From a virus (lineage: Duplodnaviria; Caudoviricetes), in IMG/VR virus record IMGVR_UViG_3300037510_000361, positions 1 through 41,293 of that record: a stretch of 41,293 bases of DNA; one strand, 5' to 3'. Shown in pieces: positions 8,350 to 17,612 of the stretch (the first letter of the stretch is position 1; each line of letters starts with the position of its first letter). The position numbers were made by a program, and so were the translations under genes. The notes under the pieces are model-generated. The model was not told the origin of the DNA. It was given only the letters and a program-made list of their open reading frames with translations, and ran no database searches.

Positions 8350-9312
8350 GTGGCATTCCCAAATGTCTCAGACATTGTGGCGACTACCATCGAGTCTCGC
8401 ACTGGCGAGCTCGCTGATAACGTCACGAAGAACAATGCCCTTCTCGCTCGACTGAAGCAACGCGGGAACATCAAGCCGTTTTCGGGCGGCTCGGTGATCT
8501 ACGAAGAGCTCTCATTCGCGGAGAATGGCAACGCCGGATACTACTCCGGTTATGACCTGCTTCCGGTCGCTGCTCAGGACGTCCTGTCCGCTGCGCAGTA
8601 TCAGATCAAGCAGGCGGCAGTTCCAGTCGTCATGTCCGGACTGGAAATGCTGATGAACGCCGGCAAGGAGCGAATCATCGACCTGATCGATGGTCGTATG
8701 GAAGTCGCCGAGGCCTCCCTGCTGAACCTGCTCGCTGGCGGCGTCTATGCCGACGGCACTGGGTCTGGGGGCAAGGAAATCACTGGCCTGAACGCTGCCG
8801 TGCCAGTGGATCCCACGACCGGAACCTACGGTGGCATCAACCGCGTGACCTGGACCTTCTGGCGCTCGAAGATTCGTGATACGTCTGGTATCACGGCTGC
8901 GACGATTCAGGGTGAGCTGAATTCGCTCTGGGCTCAGGTGGTGCGCGGCAAGGACCGTCCGGACTTCCTGGTGTCGGACAACACTCTGTGGTCGCTGTAT
9001 ATGTCGAGTCTTCAGGCTCAGCAGCGCTTCACTGGTGTTGATACCGCCAGCCTGGGATTCCCCAGCATCAAGTACATGGATGCTGACTACATCCTGGACG
9101 GCGGCATCGGTGGATTCTGCCCGGCTGGTACTCTGTTCATGCTGAACACGAAGTACCTGCGGTGGCGTCCACATTCGGCCCGCAACATGGTTCCGCTGTC
9201 GCCCAACAAGCGATACGCGATCAACCAGGATGCGGAAGTTCAGATCCTGGCTTGGGCTGGTAACCTGACGACCTCAGGTGCTCAGTTCCAGGCTCGTCTG
9301 GACAACAACTAA
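8350..9312 (+). CDS. Major capsid protein
   Basis: 320 aa, GAGGAG SD, strongly biased codons, position after scaffold; N-terminus SDIVATTIESR...ADNVTKNNALL typical of a podovirus capsid family. Confidence 0.9.
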   Translation: MAFPNVSDIVATTIESRTGELADNVTKNNALLARLKQRGNIKPFSGGSVIYEELSFAENGNAGYYSGYDLLPVAAQDVLSAAQYQIKQAAVPVVMSGLEMLMNAGKERIIDLIDGRMEVAEASLLNLLAGGVYADGTGSGGKEITGLNAAVPVDPTTGTYGGINRVTWTFWRSKIRDTSGITAATIQGELNSLWAQVVRGKDRPDFLVSDNTLWSLYMSSLQAQQRFTGVDTASLGFPSIKYMDADYILDGGIGGFCPAGTLFMLNTKYLRWRPHSARNMVPLSPNKRYAINQDAEVQILAWAGNLTTSGAQFQARLDNN

Positions 9313-9323
9313 GGAGAACTGAC

Positions 9324-9866
9324 ATGACTTCAAAAGCTCTTGTTGGCGCTCCTATCGGTGCTAATGTGGATACCATCTACACTGGCACCACGACGAATGG
9401 CGAGAATGCGCCGATGCAACTGGGCACGGTGGTCAACGGAATCGACGGCACTCGGTACATCCTCGTTCAGGCAGGCGCGAGCCTGATGGCGAGCACGAAG
9501 GCACCGAATGCGATTGCGATCGACGAGGACTATCAGGCTCAGCTGATGACTTCGGCTCTCGCTGCGGCGGGTCATGGTCTGGGGTTTGCGCCTCAGGCTG
9601 TAATCGCAGACAATGCGTTCTTCTGGGCAAGAATCGGAGGCTCGAACTTCAATCATCGAGCCGCCGCTTCCACTGCAGCGGACACGTTCCTGCGAACGAC
9701 CATCACCGCTGGTCGTCTGAGTGCAACGTCAACGGCTTCGGCTGTGGCCTTCCCTGCCGTATTGGTGGCTGCTGCCTCCGCGAGCACTTCAGCGGGTAAC
9801 TCCGTTCGTGAAGTCCTTGCAGGCTCCATCGCCGCTGTGCGCTTGGGTCTGGCTTCCTTGCCGTAA
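9324..9866 (+). CDS. Capsid decoration/cement protein (Ala/Ser/Thr-rich)
   Basis: AAGGAG SD; co-transcribed with capsid and followed by a hairpin; LGT...G.DG..YI and FFW motifs. Confidence 0.7.
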   Translation: MTSKALVGAPIGANVDTIYTGTTTNGENAPMQLGTVVNGIDGTRYILVQAGASLMASTKAPNAIAIDEDYQAQLMTSALAAAGHGLGFAPQAVIADNAFFWARIGGSNFNHRAAASTAADTFLRTTITAGRLSATSTASAVAFPAVLVAAASASTSAGNSVREVLAGSIAAVRLGLASLP

Positions 9867-9873
9867 AGGAACA

Positions 9874-9897
9874 AGGGGCCTCCGAAAGGAGGCCCCT
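9874..9897 (+). terminator. GC-rich GAAA-tetraloop hairpin (terminator/attenuator) containing the SD of the next gene
   Basis: AGGGGCCTCC-GAAA-GGAGGCCCCT; weak U tail. Confidence 0.7.
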
Positions 9898-9901
9898 ATC
9901 T

Positions 9902-11254
9902 ATGGAACAAGAACTCGCAATTCTGAAGGTAGAGCCTTCCTGCAACACTTCTGACAAGAAGTTGCTGGCCAATCTAAGGTCAGCCCAAGAGCGAGATCTT
10001 AAACCTTTCCCATTCAGTTCTATACAGATTGAAAGACCAATCTTCATCTGTGGTAGTGGACCCTCTTTGATTGCGTACTATCTGGCTGCTCGCCAGATGT
10101 TTCCTGATCACGATGTCATGGCATTGAATGGAGCATACAATGCTCTTCTCTCTGTTGGCGTGATCCCCAAATTCTACGCTCAGTTAGATGCACGCCCCGA
10201 GAACGTCAATTTCATATCTGAAGCAAAGTATGAAACGACGTTTCTCATGGCCTCACAATGTGCTCCTGAGTGTTTCAAGGCTCTGGATGGATTCGATGTA
10301 AGAACCTATCACCTGAACACTCCTACGACTCGAAAGATCTTCACCAATGAGAAGATCTATTTCGGAGGTGGCTCAACCATCGGTACGACCGCGATGGGAT
10401 TGGCAGCCGCACTCGGGTATCGACGTCTTGGAATTTTTGGTTACGATTCTTCCTACAGCAGTGGGAAAAGTCATGTAAGATTTCAGCCGCAGAACGCCAA
10501 CGACAAGACTCTTCCAATCTTCGTCTACGGAAAAGAGTATCTCTCTACTCCTACGATGGCGAAGCAGGTAGAGGAGTTTCGTCCTTGGCTCCAGTCGCTG
10601 GAGAAGACTTTCCCGGGTATTGAGGTTTCACTGTTCGGTGAAGGTCTTCTGTACGACTACATAATTGGTGGACAGGCCAATACAGCCACGCGTGAAAGCG
10701 AGGCTGCGAAGTACACTGAGATGTATAAGGATCCTTCTTACGCGATGCCCCAGCATCGTGCAGACGCAATACGGGAAATTCTCAAAGATGTTCCAAGAGG
10801 TAAGCTGCTTGATGTAGGTGCAGGTCGTGGTGAGACGATTCGGATGGCCCAGGAGCTTGGATTTCCTGTAGTGGCTGGCACTGAGACAGTAGATGCTCTA
10901 ATACGCGAGGACTTGAATATCGGATATGGTCTTCTCCCCGAGTTGCCTGTACCCGACAAGTATTACGATGTCGTAACATGCTTTGAAGTCATAGAGCATT
11001 TGCTGCCGAAGGATGTGATCCCGGCCTTACGAGATCTTGCTCGTACTGCCAAGAGTCGTCTTATAATCTCCGCAGCTACGCGGTCTGATTTTCGTTCCGG
11101 TGTTGAGCTACATCCATCTTGGCGTTCTCAGTTTGAATGGGAGGAAACGTTCAAGGCTGCATGGGGTGGGGATGCAGATATAAGACTTCTCGGTAATCTA
11201 TCTTCCTGTGGACTGTCACCAGTTTATGAATATCGCGTGCGTCCTGCAGGTTAG
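9902..11254 (+). CDS. Fusion of a Maf/DUF115 (sialyltransferase-like) domain and a class I SAM methyltransferase
   Basis: ICGSGPSL, ALNGA and LGYRRLGIFGYDSSY motifs; C-terminal LLDVGAGRG and YDVVTCFEVIEHL. Confidence 0.8.
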   Translation: MEQELAILKVEPSCNTSDKKLLANLRSAQERDLKPFPFSSIQIERPIFICGSGPSLIAYYLAARQMFPDHDVMALNGAYNALLSVGVIPKFYAQLDARPENVNFISEAKYETTFLMASQCAPECFKALDGFDVRTYHLNTPTTRKIFTNEKIYFGGGSTIGTTAMGLAAALGYRRLGIFGYDSSYSSGKSHVRFQPQNANDKTLPIFVYGKEYLSTPTMAKQVEEFRPWLQSLEKTFPGIEVSLFGEGLLYDYIIGGQANTATRESEAAKYTEMYKDPSYAMPQHRADAIREILKDVPRGKLLDVGAGRGETIRMAQELGFPVVAGTETVDALIREDLNIGYGLLPELPVPDKYYDVVTCFEVIEHLLPKDVIPALRDLARTAKSRLIISAATRSDFRSGVELHPSWRSQFEWEETFKAAWGGDADIRLLGNLSSCGLSPVYEYRVRPAG

Positions 11255-11870
11255 TCCAGATTTCCGACCGGAGACGGTTGGATGGCTGCGCGCGCAGTGC
11301 GTGATTCATATTCCACATGATGAATTTATCTGCTATGCAAATGTGAATGGATTTACAAAGCGTCTTCAGACTAACTGGCCGAAGTGGTGGGCCAAGATGG
11401 AACTGTACCGAGACCTGAAAGGTCCAGTTCTTATCTTGGACCTAGATACAGTCATACTTCAGAAGTTCTCCCCTACGGATGAACAGTTGTCTCACTCGTG
11501 GGTGGCCAGACACTTCACTCGTGATGGATTTCGCGCTCCGGAAGAATTTTCATGTGGAGTAATGCTGACTACTGAGGAATTCCGTAAGAAGGTCTGGGAT
11601 CACTTTTCTTCGAACCCCGACAAGTTCATGACCGAGTGCAATGGCGACGATCAGGTATATTTCCGTCGTTATTGGAATAAAGAACTGAAGCGTTTTCAGG
11701 ATGAATGGCCTGACGCATTTGTCAGCTATAAGCTGAATGTTCTGCAACACGGTTTGACCGAGGATGCCACGTTCTTAGTTTTTCATGGAAAACCTCGTCC
11801 TTGGGACATTGACTCACCTTGGGTTCCAAAATGCTCGCACCCGGATCAATCTTTAGTTCAGGTCGTCTAG
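11226..11870 (+). CDS. GT-A glycosyltransferase (GT8-like)
   Basis: WWAKMELY, LDLD (DxD), GDDQ and VFHGKPRPW motifs. Confidence 0.8.
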   Translation: MNIACVLQVSPDFRPETVGWLRAQCVIHIPHDEFICYANVNGFTKRLQTNWPKWWAKMELYRDLKGPVLILDLDTVILQKFSPTDEQLSHSWVARHFTRDGFRAPEEFSCGVMLTTEEFRKKVWDHFSSNPDKFMTECNGDDQVYFRRYWNKELKRFQDEWPDAFVSYKLNVLQHGLTEDATFLVFHGKPRPWDIDSPWVPKCSHPDQSLVQVV

Positions 11871-12166
11871 ACATTACTGCTGGAGCCGGACAGGTTCCAG
11901 ACAGTATTGTTCAAGGCATTGGCCGCATGAACGATGGCAGCATCGCAGTGAATACGAGTGCTCCTTCAGGGAGCAATTACTGCGGTGGATTTCGAATGAG
12001 CTCAGCTGGAGCGCTTTATGGTACGACATCAGCTAATGCTTCAGATGTATGGGTCCAAGGTGTCAGAGTGTCCACACTTGGTCAGGTAGTCTACGAAGCT
12101 GCTGCTGCGGTCGCTTTCCAGAATGGAAATCCGCAAACTTCAAATGGTCGGTTGGCAACGATTTAG
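11831..12166 (+). CDS. Hypothetical virion protein (Gly/Ser-rich repeats)
   Basis: Repeated G.R.S..G...Y units; located in the structural operon. Confidence 0.7.
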   Translation: MLAPGSIFSSGRLDITAGAGQVPDSIVQGIGRMNDGSIAVNTSAPSGSNYCGGFRMSSAGALYGTTSANASDVWVQGVRVSTLGQVVYEAAAAVAFQNGNPQTSNGRLATI

Positions 12167-12175
12167 GAGATTAAG

Positions 12176-12379
12176 ATGGCTCAGAAACTTTCAGCTCTTG
12201 CTGGTCTTCTCTACACCAATGCTGCGAATGTCGCCACTCAGATGGGAGGCGGCACCACCCAAGCCGAGGTAGAGGATCTCGGTAAGCTTCTCACAGCTAT
12301 CGCTCCAATGCCTGAAGTTGTCACAACCTACTCCAAGAGAGCGTTGCCGACAGTTATCGATCAAGTTCTGCCCGGTTGA
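12176..12379 (+). CDS. Hypothetical protein
   Basis: AGGAG SD; fills the operon. Confidence 0.7.
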   Translation: MAQKLSALAGLLYTNAANVATQMGGGTTQAEVEDLGKLLTAIAPMPEVVTTYSKRALPTVIDQVLPG

Positions 12380-12395
12380 TTCATAGGAGGTCCAA

Positions 12396-13040
12396 ATGTT
12401 GCCCGAAGCGTCAATGGAAATCACCGCGCAAGCCATGTCCAGTGGACAGGCGAGCGAGGATGATAAGAAGCTGTATGTGAGTTTTGGAATGTTTCCAAAA
12501 CTCAGCACAGTGAAGTCTGCGTCTGCTGGTCGCCCCATTTATGATGATGTGGAATACATCACCATCATGGTGCCTGGAGATGCCACTTCGATTATCCATC
12601 GTCCAGTGTGGGAGCGCGATCGTGAACGATTCGCTGCCAAGTATCTTGCTTTCCAACAGAAGAAAGACCAGGACGCTGTATCTGGTACTCCTCTTCTGGC
12701 TTCTGGAATTGTCACTGCTGCTCAAGCTCGCGAGCTGGAGTTTTTCCACTGTCGTACAGTGGAGCATCTGGCTAACATGTCAGACTCCAATGCAGTGAAG
12801 TTCATCGGTATTCAGGATCTGAAGCGGAAGGCACAGTTGTTCCTGGAGAACGCCAAGTCCGTAGCTCCCATGACTACGATGAAGGCGGAGCTTGATAAGC
12901 GCGACGATCAAATCGCTGCCATGCAGGCTCAGATCAATGCGCTTCTGGAAAGCCAGAAGCCGAAGCGTGGGCGAAAGGCTGCAGAGCCTGAACCTGAGAC
13001 GATCGAGGAAGAACCTGACGCTGAGGAAGTGGAGGATTAA
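12396..13040 (+). CDS. Conserved phage hypothetical protein (HhH-like TVEHLA motif plus coiled coil)
   Basis: GGAGG SD; GRPIY...I.VPGD and TVEHLA motifs. Confidence 0.75.
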   Translation: MLPEASMEITAQAMSSGQASEDDKKLYVSFGMFPKLSTVKSASAGRPIYDDVEYITIMVPGDATSIIHRPVWERDRERFAAKYLAFQQKKDQDAVSGTPLLASGIVTAAQARELEFFHCRTVEHLANMSDSNAVKFIGIQDLKRKAQLFLENAKSVAPMTTMKAELDKRDDQIAAMQAQINALLESQKPKRGRKAAEPEPETIEEEPDAEEVED

Positions 13041-13790
13041 GTGACTGTAGCATACGACACTGCTGGTGATGTGGTTAACGATGCAGCGTCCGAAATCGGA
13101 CTTGTCCCTGTATCTGATCCATTTTCGAGCGCCGACCCTGCGTTCGTTCAGTTGTGTCGTCTGCTGACCACGGCAGGCCGAGAACTCCTCGGCCTGCACC
13201 AGTGGCAGAAGTTTATACGACAGTATGACTTCAACACCACCACTGATCCAGTAACTCCGGGAGGAAACACATTCGAGCTTCCGGACGACTTTCTGTATAT
13301 GTTTGATCAAACCTACTGGACGCCAACCAGTAGGTTCCCTCTTGGAGGACCATTGTCTGTCCAAGACTGGGCGTATCTGGTCAATACGAACTTGGCATCC
13401 AGTACAATTTATGTGACCTTCCGTTTGGCTGACGGGCTTATGGAGCTCTTGCCCAATCCTCCGCCAGCAGACACAGACATCAACTTCCAGTACATGATGA
13501 GATACTGGATTGCAGACACGGCTACCCCGACTGTACCAACGAAAAGCCGAGTAATTTCGTCTGACGACGTAATTCTCTTCGAGCCGTCTTTGATCGAAAA
13601 GTTTTTGAAGTTGCGCTTCCTTGAAGCCAAGGGGTTTGACACCACTGCTGCTCTTGGTCAATTCAATTCTGTATTCATGCAGTACACCGGGAAGGATGTA
13701 AGTATGCCGATTCTGAGTCTTGCTCGGAATCGTCTCTTCCCCTATCTGGGAATTCGTAATATTCCTGAGACGAATTACGGGCTCCCATAA
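13041..13790 (+). CDS. Head-tail adaptor (tail tubular A / P22 gp4-like)
   Basis: Size and position before the nozzle gene; LPDDF and P.P motifs. Confidence 0.7.
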   Translation: MTVAYDTAGDVVNDAASEIGLVPVSDPFSSADPAFVQLCRLLTTAGRELLGLHQWQKFIRQYDFNTTTDPVTPGGNTFELPDDFLYMFDQTYWTPTSRFPLGGPLSVQDWAYLVNTNLASSTIYVTFRLADGLMELLPNPPPADTDINFQYMMRYWIADTATPTVPTKSRVISSDDVILFEPSLIEKFLKLRFLEAKGFDTTAALGQFNSVFMQYTGKDVSMPILSLARNRLFPYLGIRNIPETNYGLP

Positions 13791-15433
13791 TGCACATGTT
13801 CCCCAGAAGTGGAATGGTTCGGGCTTTGCCCTTGGCGACTGTCACTCCACAGTCTACAAAGTGCATCCCCGTACCTCCTCCCAATAAGGGAATCAATGCT
13901 GTTGATTCTCTAGTTGGGATGGCTCAAGATGAAGCTATATTCCTGAACAATCTTGTTCCTTCGCAGTATGGACCAAGAGTTCGTACCGGCTATCAAGACT
14001 GGGCTACTGATGTCGGCACAGACGGTGTTAGGACTGTGATTCCTTTCACTGGAGAATCTTCTTCCTTTGATCGTTTGTTTGCTGTCGCTTCCGATGGCAT
14101 TTACGATGTTAGCTCACCAGTAGCCACTCCATCCGTGCTACTAGCTCTTGCTTCTGTAGATTCTACTTCAGGGCTCGGGAATTGGGCTAACTTCGTAAAT
14201 GACAATGGAGACTACTTCTGTCTTTATTGTGATGAGACGAATGGATACTATGTCTATACCTCCTCTACAGACACGTGGGCTAAGATCGCCATGGGTGGAG
14301 GAGCTACCCAGATCTCTGGAGTAGATCCTGCGAACTTTGCTTATGTTCGCATCTTCAAGAATCGTGTGTGGTTCGTAGAGAAGGGAACTGGAAATGCTTG
14401 GTATCTGGCAGCAGGTGCCATCTATGGCGCGGCCACGAAATTCAACTTCGGTAACAAGTTCACACACGGTGGCTCACTTGTCGCTCTCTATAACTGGACC
14501 GTAGATGGGGGAGAAGGTGTAGACGACTACCTCGTTGCGATTGGTGCTGGTGGAGACGTCGTTGTCTACAAAGGCACCGATCCTGCTACGGCCACAGACT
14601 GGTTTCTCCATGGCGCTTGGTTCATTGGTCCACCTCCTTCTGGTAGACGTATAGCTGGCTCCTTCTCTGGAGAGTTGTATCTCTTGAGCTCCTATGGAAT
14701 CCTTCCCATGAGTCGTCTCATGAGCGGAACCTTGGTGCAGCTTGATGATGTGTACCTATCCAAGAAGATAAGTCCGCTGATCAATGAGCAGATGATTGCT
14801 AGCCGAACGACTTTGGGCTGGGAAATCAAGCTCATTCCCACAGAGAACATTCTTCTGGTTTCTACTCCCAAGAGGGAGGCGTTTGACTATACTCAGTTCG
14901 CCTACAGTCTGAATACTCCGGGCTGGTGCGTCTACAGAGATATCCCCTACTACACAGGCGACACGTGGAATGGTGGATTTTATATTGGCACTGAGGATGG
15001 CCGCGTAGTTCAGCATACTGGAAATCTAGACAACGTCAGCATGGATGAGTCTACGTTTGATCAGATTACTTGGTCTGCTCTACAGACTTTCCAAGAGCAA
15101 GGTGCTCCAGGTCACTACAAGAGAACTCATTTTATTCGTCCAGTGTTTCTGGCTTCAGAAGCTCCGTCATTTGCGGTGGAAGCCAGATACGATTACAATC
15201 TTTCAGAGGTCCTCCCCGCCCCGCAAAGCTCTGTTGGTCTTGGGTATCTATGGGATGCAGCTATATCCCTCTGGGATCTTGCAACTTGGGGTGGAGAGTT
15301 TGTCGTCGTACAGGACATCGTTGGTGCTTCGGGTATGGGCAGAACCATCGCCGTCGGGCTGAATGGTTCATCCGCCGTGGAGACCATCCTGGTCCGATAC
15401 GACATTATGGTCGATCAGGGTGGAATGATATGA
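13790..15433 (+). CDS. Tail nozzle / DNA stabilisation protein (P22 gp10 / T7 gp12-like)
   Basis: Beta-propeller-like composition, 547 aa, after the adaptor. Confidence 0.75.
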   Translation: MHMFPRSGMVRALPLATVTPQSTKCIPVPPPNKGINAVDSLVGMAQDEAIFLNNLVPSQYGPRVRTGYQDWATDVGTDGVRTVIPFTGESSSFDRLFAVASDGIYDVSSPVATPSVLLALASVDSTSGLGNWANFVNDNGDYFCLYCDETNGYYVYTSSTDTWAKIAMGGGATQISGVDPANFAYVRIFKNRVWFVEKGTGNAWYLAAGAIYGAATKFNFGNKFTHGGSLVALYNWTVDGGEGVDDYLVAIGAGGDVVVYKGTDPATATDWFLHGAWFIGPPPSGRRIAGSFSGELYLLSSYGILPMSRLMSGTLVQLDDVYLSKKISPLINEQMIASRTTLGWEIKLIPTENILLVSTPKREAFDYTQFAYSLNTPGWCVYRDIPYYTGDTWNGGFYIGTEDGRVVQHTGNLDNVSMDESTFDQITWSALQTFQEQGAPGHYKRTHFIRPVFLASEAPSFAVEARYDYNLSEVLPAPQSSVGLGYLWDAAISLWDLATWGGEFVVVQDIVGASGMGRTIAVGLNGSSAVETILVRYDIMVDQGGMI

Positions 15434-15879
15434 TGAAATCAGTTGAGCCAGCAACTGCCGAAGATCTTACAATTCTGTGTCAACTTCTGGGGTACAAACC
15501 CCACTCCGATATGAAGGGTATCAAGCTCGTCATTGACGGAGAAATTGGAGCCATGACGGGTTACGATGGGTGGACAGAGAATTCGGTTGTCATGCACATC
15601 TGGATCAAGCCAGGAAGCATGGTGGATCGTGAATTCGTAAGAGAGGCATTCAGGTATCCGTTTGAGATCGGTAATAGGGGGCTTGTACTCGGGGTAATAC
15701 CCGGCTATAATGCTGCCTCGTTGACTCTAGCCCGAGCAATTGGGTTCAGAGAGACGTATCGAGTGAAAGACGGCTATGCCGCTGGAACCGATCTGGTCAT
15801 CCAGGAAATGCGACGCGAAGAGTGTCGTTGGTTGACAAGAGGATCGGCTAGTGGGCAAGAACACTCCGGACGCACCTGA
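15430..15879 (+). CDS. GNAT-fold virion assembly protein (DUF2824 / T7 gp13-like)
   Basis: F.YPF and N.AS..L...IGF GNAT motifs; canonical position after the nozzle gene. Confidence 0.8.
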   Translation: MMKSVEPATAEDLTILCQLLGYKPHSDMKGIKLVIDGEIGAMTGYDGWTENSVVMHIWIKPGSMVDREFVREAFRYPFEIGNRGLVLGVIPGYNAASLTLARAIGFRETYRVKDGYAAGTDLVIQEMRREECRWLTRGSASGQEHSGRT

Positions 15880-17254
15880 CTATACCTCAGCAGCGCAGGC
15901 GACGGCTGCGTCTAATCGTCAGTCTACGTATAGCCAGACTGCCGCAAATCGTCCAAATCAGAACACTCCTTTCGGAAGTACGTCATGGACTTCTGAGGAC
16001 CAGTTCGATCAAGCTGGATATGATCGTGCGCTTCAGGACTGGCAGGCTCAAGGATCTCGCCTAGGGAAGAACGCGAACGATCCAGAATATCTGAAGCTGA
16101 TGCCTCAGAGGAATGACTACTATTCCCAGAATTGGACGCAGAATACTACCCTAGATCCGGAACTCCAACATGCTCTTGATTCCCAGATGCAGATGCAGTC
16201 TGGGAGAAGTGATCTTGCCAACAGTCTATTCCCACGAGCTCAGCAAGAATTCGGGCAGGAGATGGATTGGGGGAACCTCAATCCTATGTCCTTTGGACCT
16301 GGAGGTCCGGCACAGTATGGTGCGATGCCTCAGGGTGAGCAGTACCAGAGGAATCTTGACACGTCAGGGCTTCCTGATATTGACCCTTCCCAGAAGTATT
16401 ACGACAAGGCTGGGGATGCGATCTTTAATCAGTGGTCGGCGCGCAACGATCCTCAGATGCAGAGGGCTTCTGAACAGCTTGATACTCGCCTTAGGAATCA
16501 GGGGTTGAAGCCTGGAGATCAGGCTTACGATCAGGCGGTCCGAGATCTTCAGGACCAACAGTCCTATGCTCGCAACGATGCTTCCATGTCAGCTACCATC
16601 GGTGCTGGCAACGAGGCATCTCGTATGCAGGGAATGGATCTTGGTGCTCGCGGTCAACTCTTCGGCGAGACAGCCACTGGCGGAGCTTTTGCCAACGACG
16701 CAGCTACTCGTGCCTTCCAACAGAGTCTTGGTCTTGGCGAGTTTGGGGACACTAGATCTAACAATCAGTTTTCTCAGAACTTGCAGTCTGCCAACTTCGG
16801 TAACAATGCTCGTATGCAGCAGATTGCTGAGGCAATGCAGAAGCGTGGGTTCTCACTTAACGAGATCAATGCTCTTATTTCTGGTCAGCAAGTCAATATG
16901 CCTCAGTTCTCAGGATTCAATGCTGCTGGCAATTCTGGGGGAACAGATTATTCCGGAGCCGCAAAGGATCAGTATCAGTCAGCTCTTGATGCCTTCAACG
17001 CCAAGCAGTCTGCCATCAGTGGTATGATGTCTGGGGTGAGTAATCTTGGCGGCACAGCTATGATGTTCTCTGATCGTAGACTTAAGACCAATATACGTAA
17101 GATTGGTGAAGATCCTCGAGGGTTCAACTACTACCGCTGGAATTGGAAGACTGGTGGATCAGGTGTTGGCGTCATGGCTGACGAAGTGGCTCATCTTGGA
17201 ATCGTGCATCGTCATGAGTCTGGATACGACATGGTGAATTATGCAGCCCTCTAA
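15851..17254 (+). CDS. DNA ejection/pilot protein with a C-terminal peptidase S74-like (intramolecular chaperone) domain
   Basis: MGK.TP.APDY start, Q/N/G-rich body, SDRRLKTNI...GVMADEV...VNY. Confidence 0.8.
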   Translation: MGKNTPDAPDYTSAAQATAASNRQSTYSQTAANRPNQNTPFGSTSWTSEDQFDQAGYDRALQDWQAQGSRLGKNANDPEYLKLMPQRNDYYSQNWTQNTTLDPELQHALDSQMQMQSGRSDLANSLFPRAQQEFGQEMDWGNLNPMSFGPGGPAQYGAMPQGEQYQRNLDTSGLPDIDPSQKYYDKAGDAIFNQWSARNDPQMQRASEQLDTRLRNQGLKPGDQAYDQAVRDLQDQQSYARNDASMSATIGAGNEASRMQGMDLGARGQLFGETATGGAFANDAATRAFQQSLGLGEFGDTRSNNQFSQNLQSANFGNNARMQQIAEAMQKRGFSLNEINALISGQQVNMPQFSGFNAAGNSGGTDYSGAAKDQYQSALDAFNAKQSAISGMMSGVSNLGGTAMMFSDRRLKTNIRKIGEDPRGFNYYRWNWKTGGSGVGVMADEVAHLGIVHRHESGYDMVNYAAL

Positions 17255-17612
17255 TGGACAATTTCTTACTCCCGAAGACTTTGAGCTCATTATGAAGTCT
17301 TCCACTGCTCCTGAGCAGCAGCAGGCTCTGCAGGCTCAGATGGCTATGGCCAAGAATCTTCGTGGCGAAGCTCCAGGTATGCGGGGTAATGGTCGCGTCA
17401 TGGTTGCTCAGAATCCTTTGGAGCAGTTGAGCTATGGGATTCGCGACGTGATGGCCATGCGTTCTGAGAAGGACGCACTGAAGATGCAGAAGGCTCTTAT
17501 TGAAGAGCTTAGAAAAGCCAGAATGACCTATGGCAGAAATGTTATGCAGCCAGACCCGACCATGCCGGCCGGACCTCAAGCTTCTGGAGCAATGACCTAT
17601 CCGGTGCAGTAA
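17241..17612 (+). CDS. Putative internal virion protein
   Basis: Located in the ejection-protein block; overlapping start and stop. Confidence 0.65.
   Translation: MQPSNGQFLTPEDFELIMKSSTAPEQQQALQAQMAMAKNLRGEAPGMRGNGRVMVAQNPLEQLSYGIRDVMAMRSEKDALKMQKALIEELRKARMTYGRNVMQPDPTMPAGPQASGAMTYPVQ

Noticed and set aside
15070-15429. N-terminal extension of the GNAT ORF
   Set aside because: Lies inside the nozzle gene; the real start is likely ATG 15430, coupled to the upstream stop.
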